From NCBI GenBank assembly GCA_044345405.1, contig JBIJBE010000040.1, forward strand, positions 1 through 31,546: DNA of 31,546 nucleotides. The letters run 5' to 3'. Position 1 is the stretch's first letter. Every line of letters starts with the position of its first letter. Shown here piece by piece: positions 9,879-19,309 of this stretch. Under the pieces are notes generated by a model. That model ran no database searches. It was given only the letters and a program-made list of their open reading frames with translations, and was not told the DNA's origin. The stretch is from Bdellovibrionota bacterium. Lineage in GTDB: Bacteria; Bdellovibrionota_C; UBA2361; OMII01. The position numbers and the translations under genes are program-made.

Positions 9879-10850
9879 TTACCAGTGCTGGTCGGCCTTC
9901 ATGAGGTGGTTGGTTATGTAATCCTTTACTCCGTCCTCAAGGGTGTGGAGTGGCGCGGTATAGCCAGCCGCGCGAAGTTTCTCCATCGGTGCCTCAGTAA
10001 AGTATTGGTACTGAGTCTGAAGCTCCTGCGGCATATCGATGTAGGAGATGTTTACGGGCTTGCCCATGGCGGTGAACACCGCGTTGAGGAGATCGTTCCA
10101 CGAGCGAGCCTTGCCCGATCCAATGTTAAAGATCCCGTTGATCGAGGGATTGCGTAACAGCCACCACATTATTTCGCAGCAATCCTTTACGTAGACGAAA
10201 TCACGCTTCTGTTCTCCGTCTTTGTAGTCCGGTCGATGTGACTTGAAGAGTGCGAACTTTCCGGTCTCTTGTATCGTGTTGAAGGCCTTCCAGGCGACGC
10301 TCGCCATGGACCCTTTATAGTACTCGTTCGGTCCGTAGACGTTGAAGAACTTTAAGCCCACGACCTTGTCGAGGATGCCCTGATCTCGCGCCCAGATATC
10401 CATCCTCTGCTTCGAGTCACCGTATGGGTTCAGAGGCTTGAGAGAGTCGAGATGACCAATGTCATCACTGTATCCTTCCGCGCCATCGCCGTACGTGGCG
10501 GCGCTACTGGCGTATATGTATCTAATGTTATTGGTGAGACAGTAGGTCGCGAGGTCGCGTGAGTACTCAAAGTTGTTCTCGCGGAGATAGTCGAGGTTTT
10601 TCTCCGTTGTGCTCGAGCACGCGCCGAGATGAACGATGGCTGTAATATCTTTTTGGAGGGAGTTGTTTCGAACGGACGCGATGAACTCTTTCTTACCGAC
10701 ATACGATACGTATGACTTGTTAGCGAGGTTCTTAGCCCGAGCGTTTGAGTCGAGCTCATCTACAACGATGATCTCTTTGACCCCTTCCGCGTTCAGCTTC
10801 GCGACGAACGCGCTGCCGATAAATCCTGCGCCACCTGTTACGATAATCAT
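9879..10850 (-). CDS. hldD: ADP-L-glycero-D-manno-heptose-6-epimerase
   Basis: MIIVTGGAGFIGS, HLGACSST, YASSAATYG, YGDSK, FNVYGPNEYYKGSMASV, RDFVYV and YQYFTEA. Confidence 0.97.
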   Translation of the reverse strand: MIIVTGGAGFIGSAFVAKLNAEGVKEIIVVDELDSNARAKNLANKSYVSYVGKKEFIASVRNNSLQKDITAIVHLGACSSTTEKNLDYLRENNFEYSRDLATYCLTNNIRYIYASSAATYGDGAEGYSDDIGHLDSLKPLNPYGDSKQRMDIWARDQGILDKVVGLKFFNVYGPNEYYKGSMASVAWKAFNTIQETGKFALFKSHRPDYKDGEQKRDFVYVKDCCEIMWWLLRNPSINGIFNIGSGKARSWNDLLNAVFTAMGKPVNISYIDMPQELQTQYQYFTEAPMEKLRAAGYTAPLHTLEDGVKDYITNHLMKADQHW

Positions 10851-10978
10851 GCGGGTAGGTTACCTGGCTTGGAGGGGCGCTGTCTAGTTTGCTCGCCCTA
10901 GACGATAGGGGGAACTCCACCAGTTCTCGCCGATCTCTTTGTGACCATCATCTCTGCCCGAAGTGCCTTGAAATGTTC

Positions 10979-11048
10979 ACAAAGAGGGCAGCGAGACGGG
11001 AAGAGGGGGGGGGAGACTCACCTCTTTGTTCTCGCTGTTCTCTTTGTT
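10979..11048. repeat. Nonamer-periodic imperfect palindrome
   Basis: ACAAAGAGGGCAGCGAGA (10979-10996) pairs with TCTCGCTGTTCTCTTTGT (11030-11047), with two G-T pairs. The right side is CTCTTTGTT-CTCGCTGTT-CTCTTTGTT (11022-11048). Confidence 0.7.
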
Positions 11049-11123
11049 CACAAAAGTAGCTTCCGAAGTACTTTCAAACTTTAACGAATGGCAGGGCCAT
11101 GCGAAGCGGCTTCAGGAAGCAAT

Positions 11124-11254
<131 letters not shown>

Positions 11255-11268
11255 CGCGATTTGAACCC

Positions 11269-11919
11269 CTAAAGCTCCACCACAACCTGCGCTCGGCTCT
11301 GCCGTACCTTCGCGTAGGACGCGGAAGCGTCCTCAGCTGAGCGGTATCCAAGCGCGCACGCGACCTTCGTCGAGTAGCCGGATTGATTCAGCCCCAAGGC
11401 CTCGTCGTACGCGACGGGATTGATTCCTTCAAGTGGGCAGGCGTCGACCTTGATCACCGCGGCTGTTGAGAGGAGCATGCCGAGCGCCAGATACGCTTGT
11501 CGGGTAGACCAGTGCTCGCATGTTCCCTGCTGCGCAAGGGCGTCTAAGAATCCCTTCATCATTCCGCCGTAATCCTGCAGGGCAGCGACAGGTACGCCAC
11601 GAGTCTCGGAGATGCTCGCGAGAAACCCGTCTACATCGGCGTGAGTCACCTCTTTCTTCGCGGCGATAACGACAAGATGAGAAGCCTCAACAAGTTGAGG
11701 TTGGTTCCATGAGAGTGGTTGAAGCTGTTTGCGGATCTCTGGATTCTTCACCACGATGAACTTCCACGGCTGGAGTCCGAAAGAGGAGGGAGCGAGTCGA
11801 AGGGACTCCTCAAGGGTGTGCCAGTCCTTCGCTGAGATCTTTTTCGTTGGATCGAAACGCTTCGTCGCGTAGCGCCATGAGAGTTGTTGCTCAATAAGTG
11901 CGTTAATGTCTTGGTTCAT
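11269..11919 (-). CDS. NAD(P)H nitroreductase, NfsB/YfkO-like
   Basis: WRYATKRFD, LAPSSFGLQPWKF, NQPQL, DACPLEG and LGYR. Confidence 0.93.
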   Translation of the reverse strand: MNQDINALIEQQLSWRYATKRFDPTKKISAKDWHTLEESLRLAPSSFGLQPWKFIVVKNPEIRKQLQPLSWNQPQLVEASHLVVIAAKKEVTHADVDGFLASISETRGVPVAALQDYGGMMKGFLDALAQQGTCEHWSTRQAYLALGMLLSTAAVIKVDACPLEGINPVAYDEALGLNQSGYSTKVACALGYRSAEDASASYAKVRQSRAQVVVEL

Positions 11920-11951
11920 CGTATGCTCCAGGTACTAAGTTGTGGTTAGTT

Positions 11952-12824
11952 CTACTTTGAATCAGCTGAATGGAACAGGGTAATCAGCGAACCGGCCGGG
12001 AGTAATCGTGAGGTGCTCTTCTCGGGGAGCGAGAGGCTCTCAATCGAGATCTCAACTCCCTTATCGTCGTACATATCCAGCGATATGTTGCGTACGACAT
12101 CAGAGGTGCTGGCGGTTGAGTGATTCGTGAAGAAGACGGCTCCTTGCTCGGGATTAAGAACGTTCAACATGAGCGCCACAATATCTGGCGCCTTCTCCTC
12201 AAGGGTCCAGGAGTTGTTCTTGGACACGCGACTGAACGATGGTGGGTCGATGATGATGATATCGTAGAGGTTGCCCTTGCGGTGCTCTCGCCCCATAAAG
12301 CCGAGCGCGTCGTCGACGATCCACCGGATCTTATCTTCTTGGATCTTATTGAGTGACGCGTTCTTCTTAGCCCATTCGATGGCTCGTTTCGCCAGATCCA
12401 CATGGGTGACGGTCACGTTGGGAAGTGAGGCGCAGTAGCATGTCGCGAGTCCGGTGTAGGCGAAGAGATTTAACACTTTGAGGGGGCGAGTGCCTTTGTC
12501 GCTCAGTCGCTCAGCGACAGCTCGTACCTTCGGGAGGTAGAGGGCGTGCTCAGGAAATATGCCGAGCTGTCCGTTGGACATGAGCTCAAGCTCAAGGCGT
12601 ATTCCCGCGATGGTCGCTTCCCAGGTCTTGAACGGCTTCCCTTCAACCCGCCATCGGTCGGGCGGCATGTAGGAGGCATCAGCCTCCTCCCATAGCGAGG
12701 GTTTTTGGCGTCGGCGCCAGGTGCTCAACGAAGATGGCCTGTCGATAATGGTGGAACCGTATTGCTCTAATTTACGCCCCTCTCCGGAGTCCAGGAGGGT
12801 ATAGCCTTCAAATGGGGTCGTCAT
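11952..12824 (-). CDS. Class I SAM-dependent methyltransferase (RlmI/RlmK-like)
   Basis: YTLLDSGEGRKLE, GIFPEH, VLNLFAYTG, THVD and IIIDPPSF. Confidence 0.9.
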   Translation of the reverse strand: MTTPFEGYTLLDSGEGRKLEQYGSTIIDRPSSLSTWRRRQKPSLWEEADASYMPPDRWRVEGKPFKTWEATIAGIRLELELMSNGQLGIFPEHALYLPKVRAVAERLSDKGTRPLKVLNLFAYTGLATCYCASLPNVTVTHVDLAKRAIEWAKKNASLNKIQEDKIRWIVDDALGFMGREHRKGNLYDIIIIDPPSFSRVSKNNSWTLEEKAPDIVALMLNVLNPEQGAVFFTNHSTASTSDVVRNISLDMYDDKGVEISIESLSLPEKSTSRLLPAGSLITLFHSADSK

Positions 12825-13105
12825 GCGGGGGAGTATGGCACGCTGGCGTCGTTATTTCGACAGCACCTCCTTGCCAAAGAGGCTCCCCCCCGCCGCTCAT
12901 CGTGTTGGAGGCGGCCTTAACCTGTTGAAAAAACGTGATCCCCGCCCCTATCAAGTGTTGTGGGTGTCAAAAAAATGCCGTGAGCGCTCAGAAAGTACTC
13001 CTGAAAGAGAGAGCCCCTGTCGATAAGTCTCTGTGAAGGCAGAAGCAGTACCAAATGCCATTCAGCAGTGATGAAGTGTTGATGTAGCAGTGAAGGAGTA
13101 TTGCA

Positions 13106-13408
13106 GTGATTAAAAATAGTAAGTTACAGGAAGTTCAATTTTACCTCGATCGAAGTCAGGATTCCTTGCTCACGGTGCTTCGCAGTATCGTTGGCAACCC
13201 CCGCTTACAAGGAGATGAACGGCTCACCGCTCTCAAGATGATGGGAGACTTCCATCATGAGGTGGCGAACTTCATCTGGCAGAAGATCTGCGAGGGTGAG
13301 TCGAAGGGATACGCTCTCGCGAGTGATCATAACGCGGAGGTGCGACAATCGCCGGCTCCCGCGAGTGCCCAAAAGACCTCAGGTCTGGAGATTGAGAAGA
13401 CCGCGTAA
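13106..13408 (+). CDS. Hypothetical protein (100 aa)
   Basis: AAGGAG RBS at 13093-13098 before a GTG start. Fills the gap between genes and converges on the GT2 gene. No family recognised. Confidence 0.7.
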   Translation: MIKNSKLQEVQFYLDRSQDSLLTVLRSIVGNPRLQGDERLTALKMMGDFHHEVANFIWQKICEGESKGYALASDHNAEVRQSPAPASAQKTSGLEIEKTA

Positions 13409-13414
13409 GGCGGA

Positions 13415-14254
13415 CTACTCCTTGGGAGATTCGCTGGTCTGCTCTTCGAATTGATCGAAGCAGGCTCGATCTATCCCACGGTGGACAACTCTGAACCGGA
13501 AAACGTCGCGAAACATCGCGAGTGAGTCGCGGACCAAGTTAACCTTGGAGCCGGGGACGTTTGTCCAGTTAATGGCGACCTCTTTAATATTCAAGTTGGC
13601 CTTGTGCGCCATGTAGAGCAGCTCTACGTCGAAGCTAAATCTATCCGCGCGTTGTCTCCTAAACAGGAACATCGCGGTTTTGCGCGTGAACATCTTAAAT
13701 CCGCACTGTGTGTCCGCGATCGTGGGTAGCAAGATCAGATTTACGCATTTATTAAAAACTCTCCCGAGAAAACGACGGTGAATCGATGTCGCGACCTTGG
13801 TGTCGGTGGAAGCGAGCGCTCGGGATCCTATGGCGATATCCGCTCCAGCCGACACCGCTGTCTCTAATCTATCGAATTCCTGGATCGGGGTCGCGCCATC
13901 GGCGTCGGCGAAGAGGATGCGGCCCCCTCTACTGTTGAGAACTCCTAACCGTACCGCGTGCCCCTTGCCGTAATTTTTGGGCAATTGAATCAGTCGGACC
14001 TGGTTGCGCACTCGCTCGAACTTGCGGACTACCTCCGCGGTGCTATCGGTACTGCCATCGTCGATCACGAGAACCTCGTACGACATCGCCTTGCGGTCGA
14101 AGAAGTCGATGATATCGATCAGCGTTGGCGGGAGGCGTCGTTCCTCATTAAAGGCGGGCACGATGACACTCAGATCGACCTGCGGTGAGGTGATCGGCTG
14201 TTGTTCAATCCAGTTGTTAACGCGCTCGTTCCCTTGCGCTGATGTAGGGGTCAT
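13415..14254 (-). CDS. Polyprenyl/dolichyl-phosphate glycosyltransferase (GT2, ALG5/DPG-synthase-like)
   Basis: LSVIVPAFNEERRL, DDGSTD, GKGHAVRLG, FADADGAT, DTQCGFK, FDVELL and GSKVNL. Start is ATG 14254 or 14290. Confidence 0.9.
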   Translation of the reverse strand: MTPTSAQGNERVNNWIEQQPITSPQVDLSVIVPAFNEERRLPPTLIDIIDFFDRKAMSYEVLVIDDGSTDSTAEVVRKFERVRNQVRLIQLPKNYGKGHAVRLGVLNSRGGRILFADADGATPIQEFDRLETAVSAGADIAIGSRALASTDTKVATSIHRRFLGRVFNKCVNLILLPTIADTQCGFKMFTRKTAMFLFRRQRADRFSFDVELLYMAHKANLNIKEVAINWTNVPGSKVNLVRDSLAMFRDVFRFRVVHRGIDRACFDQFEEQTSESPKE

Positions 14255-14615
14255 AACATGTAACGTGTACGATGCTACGGGAGCATACATGATTCGTGGT
14301 GGCGCTGCGATACCCTCTGGCGCCGGACTCTTCTCGCTAACTTATCGAGATGTCTCGGTATAGATGAGTGATGACGGCTTGGAAAGTGGGATTGATGTCC
14401 AGTTCCGCAGTTCCGCTCGCTGTCACCGGACAAGTAGATTCGGGAAGACCAAAAAGGCGCTTTCGCGGGTTGAGCATGCGCTTCATAGTGAGTTTGAGTT
14501 TACAGAGTGGTGACGCAGTATTGAAGCTTCGTTCCGGATGAGGCAAGCCGGGGCGCTCGTGCCACATGTTCTCACAGTAAGACGTCTCCGCTAAGAGATG
14601 TCGTAGGGGATAGAT

Positions 14616-15137
14616 ATGCGAGTTGTAAGTTCTGAAATTCTCTACCAGGGTAAGCTCAAAGCGGTCCGCGATACCGTAGAGTATCCTGACGGGAGTTGTC
14701 ATCGTCATGAGACCATAGAGCATCCTGGTGCTGTGGTGATCCTTCCGATAACGGCGTCTGGCTCCGTCGTTTTCGTTGATCAATATCGCCACTCGATACG
14801 ACGAAATATCCTTGAGTTGCCAGCGGGGACCCTGGAAACAGGGGAGGACCCGAGTGTGTGCGCCGCTCGTGAGCTCATGGAGGAGATCGGAAAGGCTCCG
14901 GGTGAGCTTATCTCATTGGGCACCTTATTTCCGGCTCCCGGCTTCTGCAACGAGGTACAGCACCTTTTTTGTGCTCGCGACTTGAGAGACCAAAAGGCGA
15001 CGCCGGATGAGGATGAATTCATAACCACAGTGGAGCTATCTCGTTCTGAGATCGAGGCGTCGATTCGGTCGGGAAAGCTCAATGACGCGAAATCGTTAGC
15101 CCTCGTATTCCGGGCGATGATAGAGAATCTTTTATAG
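14616..15137 (+). CDS. nudF: Nudix hydrolase, ADP-ribose pyrophosphatase-like
   Basis: HPGAV, QYR, ELPAG and the Nudix box GTLETGEDPSVCAARELMEEIG; also PGF and DEDE. Confidence 0.88.
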   Translation: MRVVSSEILYQGKLKAVRDTVEYPDGSCHRHETIEHPGAVVILPITASGSVVFVDQYRHSIRRNILELPAGTLETGEDPSVCAARELMEEIGKAPGELISLGTLFPAPGFCNEVQHLFCARDLRDQKATPDEDEFITTVELSRSEIEASIRSGKLNDAKSLALVFRAMIENLL

Positions 15138-15147
15138 GGAGTTTCGT

Positions 15148-16122
15148 GTGGCGATAAAGTGGCGGTCTCTGAAAAAAGCTCAGGGATTATTCGGCGGTGG
15201 AATCCTAGTTGCTTGCGCGCTCGTGTTCATGTGGAGTGGGGTGTCCTCGGATGTTACCACTGACGAGCAGCTCAGTGACGTGATCGAGCAGGCTATTGAG
15301 ATCGACCCCAACCACCCGGATCCGAACAATAACGGCAAGATTGTGATCGCCGCGGCATCATGGCGAGCCGATGACCGCTATGAGGATGAGTTTTTACAGC
15401 CCATCGGCGAGCTTATCCTGCGACGACGAGTCGAAATGTTGCAGTGGGTTGAGAATCGGGGCGAAGGTAGTGCCGCTCCCACCTACTCTCTTGAGTGGGT
15501 GGAGGGGCAGGTCGATTTTTTCGCCTTCCAGGTTCCGGAGGGGCATGAGAATCCTTTGCTTCAGATCTCCCCATTAAACTATAAATCCGAGCAGTCGCGC
15601 TTCGGAGGTTTCGAGGGGGGACGGCTTCTCAACGTGATCTCCAAGTTAGAGCCCCTTGTTATCACTCCTGGGCTGCTCAAAAACTCCGCGGCTGAAATTT
15701 CTGACAACAAGATAGTGCTCCGACGCAATCCCGAGATGCAGCTTCCCTCCCTCGGAGATACGCGGGTGTGGTATGAGGTTTTACCGCAGGGTGACTACAC
15801 CGTTCTTACTGTTCAAGAGGATGAGCGAAGCCTGGTCGGAGCGAAGCCATCTTCGAAGCTCTTCGTTCAACGGGGCCTTTTAGATGCACACGACCTTCTT
15901 CAGCAACTTGAAGGTAAGGCGGACTCAAGCTTTCACGGGATGTTATACCTCGCTGGATTGCTTCTGTTCGCCGGACTTCTTTCTCTCTTGATGCCGCACG
16001 CCGCGAAGTTCGATTTGCAGCCTCATCTCAACGTAAAGGGGCCCCTCGCCGTTGTAATTGTGAGCGTGGGTGTTTCGTTCGTAGTGACGGCTTTGTTCTA
16101 CCTACTCTCCTTCGCGAAATAG
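15148..16122 (+). CDS. TMEM43 (DUF1625)-like membrane protein
   Basis: N-terminal TM helix, NNGKIV, LRRRVEMLQWVE and LGDTRVWY motifs resembling TMEM43, and C-terminal TM helices. Confidence 0.75.
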   Translation: MAIKWRSLKKAQGLFGGGILVACALVFMWSGVSSDVTTDEQLSDVIEQAIEIDPNHPDPNNNGKIVIAAASWRADDRYEDEFLQPIGELILRRRVEMLQWVENRGEGSAAPTYSLEWVEGQVDFFAFQVPEGHENPLLQISPLNYKSEQSRFGGFEGGRLLNVISKLEPLVITPGLLKNSAAEISDNKIVLRRNPEMQLPSLGDTRVWYEVLPQGDYTVLTVQEDERSLVGAKPSSKLFVQRGLLDAHDLLQQLEGKADSSFHGMLYLAGLLLFAGLLSLLMPHAAKFDLQPHLNVKGPLAVVIVSVGVSFVVTALFYLLSFAK

Positions 16123-16147
16123 CCTTCGATGGGGGCTCCGCGATCGA

Positions 16148-16873
16148 TTAATGATATCGAGTGGTGGGATCGGAATCGTCCTTCGACCCCTTGACGACCC
16201 GCAAGCCAGACTTGCCCTTGAGGCGTTTGAGTTTCCAATTGTAGTAGGCCAGCTCAATTTTTCGCCGTGTCTCGGCAAGATTAAAGAGTCCCCGCTTATA
16301 CATGTAGAGGTAGGTGAGGCCCGCGGCGATGAGGTCGGGGAGTACTACAAGGACTCCGGAGAAGACGGCACTCAGAACCACGAAACCCAGACCGATCAAC
16401 GCGAACGTTTCACCCTTGAGAGGCGACCCCCAGAAGTTTAGGAGCTGCCGTGAGAAAGCGGCTCGCAAACCGTACGCTATCCAGATCGTCGAGATGATAG
16501 TCGACGCTCCGTGGTAGGGAACGGGATAAGCGGTTGGCACCAGGATATAGAACGCTAGGGTGAAAAGCTCAGCGATAAACGGTATGCCGAGCGCGACCAT
16601 CAGAAACCGTCGTTTGCCCCAACTATCCTCAAGCGACCCACCGATGCTGTAGATGATCAGAGCGCCAAATATAATCTCCATGGGATGTACCGCCACAAGG
16701 AGGCTCGTAAAGGGGCGCCATACCTGGAGGTGCGAGATCACCGCGGTGGGAATAAAGAGGAGCGCGAGTCCCCCAAGCAGCCCGTTCACGACCGACATGG
16801 CGATCATGGCGATTGCTAATTGATGAGCTGCGTTGTGGAAGGAGATCGCTGGGAGAACGGCTCTGGATTTCAT
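16148..16873 (-). CDS. Rhomboid-superfamily membrane protein (possibly catalytically inactive)
   Basis: QVWRPFT (WR motif), GGSLEDSWGKRRF and YHGAS. The basic C-terminal tail LRVVKG...YH is common in bacterial rhomboids. Confidence 0.75.
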   Translation of the reverse strand: MKSRAVLPAISFHNAAHQLAIAMIAMSVVNGLLGGLALLFIPTAVISHLQVWRPFTSLLVAVHPMEIIFGALIIYSIGGSLEDSWGKRRFLMVALGIPFIAELFTLAFYILVPTAYPVPYHGASTIISTIWIAYGLRAAFSRQLLNFWGSPLKGETFALIGLGFVVLSAVFSGVLVVLPDLIAAGLTYLYMYKRGLFNLAETRRKIELAYYNWKLKRLKGKSGLRVVKGSKDDSDPTTRYH

Positions 16874-17213
16874 GGCGATAGAATATCGAAAGTTGCTGTT
16901 CTTTTCCCATGTTCCATCCCCGCGCGAACGAGGAAAAAGCAGGGAACGAATTGTTTCTGTACGCTACCTCGAACGAGGTAGGGTCGCAAGAAATCGTATC
17001 AGTGAGACTTTCCGCCCAAAGTATATCAGGACTCCGTTCAGCTATGCCCGGTTTTTCGTCGTTTTTGGCGCGGTTCGCCTCGGGACGCTATGTCCCCCCA
17101 TTTTATGGGCCAAAAACAGCGATTTCGTAGCCTCGACTTGTTACATCTTCGCGCGAGCCTGCCATACCGTATGTATAGGGGAAGTCCATCCCCGCGTTTT
17201 TTGGAGGTTCCTT

Positions 17214-17420
17214 ATGTCGTTTTCCTTCCTCGCAGATACTCACATATCAACTAACCTCAGCCCTCGTAACGCTCGCCAGCGGGGCGCTTCCATGGTGGAG
17301 TATGCCCTCCTTGTCTCGCTGATCGCGATCGTCGCGATCATCGCTCTTAAAGAGCTTGGAAACTCGACCGCCAATCAATTCGTTAAGATAGCGACGGACC
17401 TGGGTGGCGCTGTAGAGTAA
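17214..17420 (+). CDS. flp: Flp family type IVb pilin
   Basis: GGAGG RBS at 17203-17207 and ATG at 17214. RG/ASMVEYALLVSLIAIVAI contains the prepilin cleavage site and the Flp EY motif; 68 aa. Confidence 0.92.
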   Translation: MSFSFLADTHISTNLSPRNARQRGASMVEYALLVSLIAIVAIIALKELGNSTANQFVKIATDLGGAVE

Positions 17421-17451
17421 ACCGCCATTCAACGTCCGCCAGCCGCATTCA

Positions 17452-19080
17452 TCACTGGGCGAGCAATTTTCGGATCAGGATGATTCGCTCGCGAAGTTGT
17501 GTTTCGGTGCACGCCGTTTGGCTTTTGAGCTTCTGCATCGCGTTGAGTTGCGCGTGAATCTGCGCGTGAGGGCGGGCGGTGCGTTTATGATACATGTTTA
17601 CCAGCTTTCGCACCTCGGCGCTCAAGTAGGCTTTTTCCTCGGCACGAGTGCGTCGCTCATCGAGACGTGCTGTGACCTTCTCTGTGACGACCGAATGTAG
17701 CTCCTCCTGGTGACTCGCGCCGAAGAGGTTGAGTTGATTTCCATGAACGATAACTGAGTTAAGGCCGCTATTTCGCGAGGCGAGCGCCTCCCAGGAGGGC
17801 TTCTCTTTCGGCTGTTCGCGTTCGCGGTCCCGATCAAATTCGTCATCGTTCTCGCCTTTCGGTCGAATGCAGTGTCGAATCTCGTTCTCTATCTCCTCGG
17901 CGAGGCGGGTAAGAGTTGGATCGGCTGGAAGATAGCAGTACGCCACCTGAAGGATGTTCAGGGTAGGGATTCGACGAACGATTCGACCGAGGAACTGTCG
18001 GAAGTACATCTTTGTTCGAGTCGTCGTCGCGTAGACTCCTACTCGAAGTCGGGGTATGTCCACGCCCTCGCTCACCATGTTGCACGCCACAAGCCAAGGT
18101 TCTGATGAATCTCTAAATCGTTTGAGTTTTCGAGCCGCTTCGGCTTCTTCGGAGAGCACAACAACCGGTGGAATCTTCGTTATCGAAGTAAGGAGTCTCG
18201 CGAGCTTGCGCGCGGAGGTCTGATCGGCGGCGACAAGAAGGGCGCCAGCGTCCGGCTGTTCCCGGCGGGTCTTCATGAGCATCTCATGAGCATCTCGAAG
18301 CATCGGCTCAATCCATCCGCTCTCGGTGTCAAGCGCGGATCGGAGTCTGCGCGACTGACCCATCGCGTCGAGTTCGTCGGAGAAGAGGGCGCTCGCGTCG
18401 CCGGCCGCGTCTCTCCAGGCTACCTCGCCTCCGTAGGTGAAGAACGCGGTGGGACGGCAGACCCCCTCCTCGACAGCTCGGCTGTATGAGTAGGAATAGT
18501 CGGCGAGTCCGAACCCTGATTCGTCGTAACTTACGAAGGGGATAGGGGAGTTGTCGCTACGGAAGGGGGTCCCACTCAAACAGATGATGAATCGAGCTTC
18601 GTGGAAGGCCGCTCGCAGTCCATCGCCCCACGAGAGTCCGTCTCCAGCGTGGTGGACCTCATCGAGGATGATGCATGCGTTGTTTGTAAGCTTTCTAAAG
18701 AGCCCTGGCTTCTGGGCCACCTGGTGATAGGTAACCACAAATCCGTCGTAGTCGCCGCTCAGTATGCCCTTACCGTTTGAGAAAGAGCTGTCGAGGTGAA
18801 GGTCCATGTTCGCCGCGGATCGAGCCCACTGCACCTTGAGGTGCGCTGTCGGAACGACGATACCGATACGGGTTGCTCCCCGTTTGCGAAGTTGGTGCAT
18901 CGCGAGCACGAGCGCGGCGGTAGTCTTTCCTGCCCCAGGTGTCGCCTCGATCAGAATGGTGTTGTCTCCGCGCAGCACGCAGTCTCGGTAGACACCGAAC
19001 GCCTCCTGTTGCCAGGGACGAAGTTTAATTTCTGGGGATGACTGCTGGGGCGGAGCCTTAACAGCGCGGGCGACACTCAT
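17452..19080 (-). CDS. SF2 DEAD/DEAH-box helicase (ResIII-like)
   Basis: LRPWQ, ATPGAGKT, DEVHH, SGTPFRSD, MVSEGVDIP and QFLGRIVR. Confidence 0.92.
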   Translation of the reverse strand: MSVARAVKAPPQQSSPEIKLRPWQQEAFGVYRDCVLRGDNTILIEATPGAGKTTAALVLAMHQLRKRGATRIGIVVPTAHLKVQWARSAANMDLHLDSSFSNGKGILSGDYDGFVVTYHQVAQKPGLFRKLTNNACIILDEVHHAGDGLSWGDGLRAAFHEARFIICLSGTPFRSDNSPIPFVSYDESGFGLADYSYSYSRAVEEGVCRPTAFFTYGGEVAWRDAAGDASALFSDELDAMGQSRRLRSALDTESGWIEPMLRDAHEMLMKTRREQPDAGALLVAADQTSARKLARLLTSITKIPPVVVLSEEAEAARKLKRFRDSSEPWLVACNMVSEGVDIPRLRVGVYATTTRTKMYFRQFLGRIVRRIPTLNILQVAYCYLPADPTLTRLAEEIENEIRHCIRPKGENDDEFDRDREREQPKEKPSWEALASRNSGLNSVIVHGNQLNLFGASHQEELHSVVTEKVTARLDERRTRAEEKAYLSAEVRKLVNMYHKRTARPHAQIHAQLNAMQKLKSQTACTETQLRERIILIRKLLAQ

Positions 19081-19252
19081 GGAACAACGTACTTCCGAAC
19101 TACGAGACCAACGTATGTGGTAGTAAAACGGCGATCGTCTGTCGAGAGATAAAAAAGGCGCGCGAAAAAATTATCTCTCTTGCGTAGTGTCGAGTGAGTT
19201 GTATGAGCACGAGGGGACCGCTAATGCTCACGAAAATAGCGTAGCTAACAAT

Positions 19253-19281
19253 AAAAAAGGGCTGGCCAGCGGCCAGCCCTT
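19253..19281 (-). terminator. Rho-independent terminator of the DUF5666-like gene
   Basis: Stem AAGGGCTGGCC-agc-GGCCAGCCCTT, with an A6 tract on the + strand (U tract on the minus strand), about 30 nt after the stop at 19310. Confidence 0.85.
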
Positions 19282-19309
19282 CTGAGATCAGGCTTTCTTG
19301 TCCGTAAGC

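Noticed and set aside
13002-13026. Sigma-28-like promoter (TGAAAG...GTCGATAA)
   Set aside because: The -10 element is plausible, but spacing to the -35-like element is shorter than the enterobacterial consensus, so support is insufficient.
14337-14792. 151-aa minus-strand ORF
   Set aside because: It overlaps the Nudix gene antisense and has no recognisable motif. A shorter ORF in the gap cannot be excluded but is unsupported.
16833-17213. 195-aa version of the pilin ORF
   Set aside because: A strong RBS and ATG at 17214 give a normal-sized Flp pilin; the extension overlaps the rhomboid gene start.
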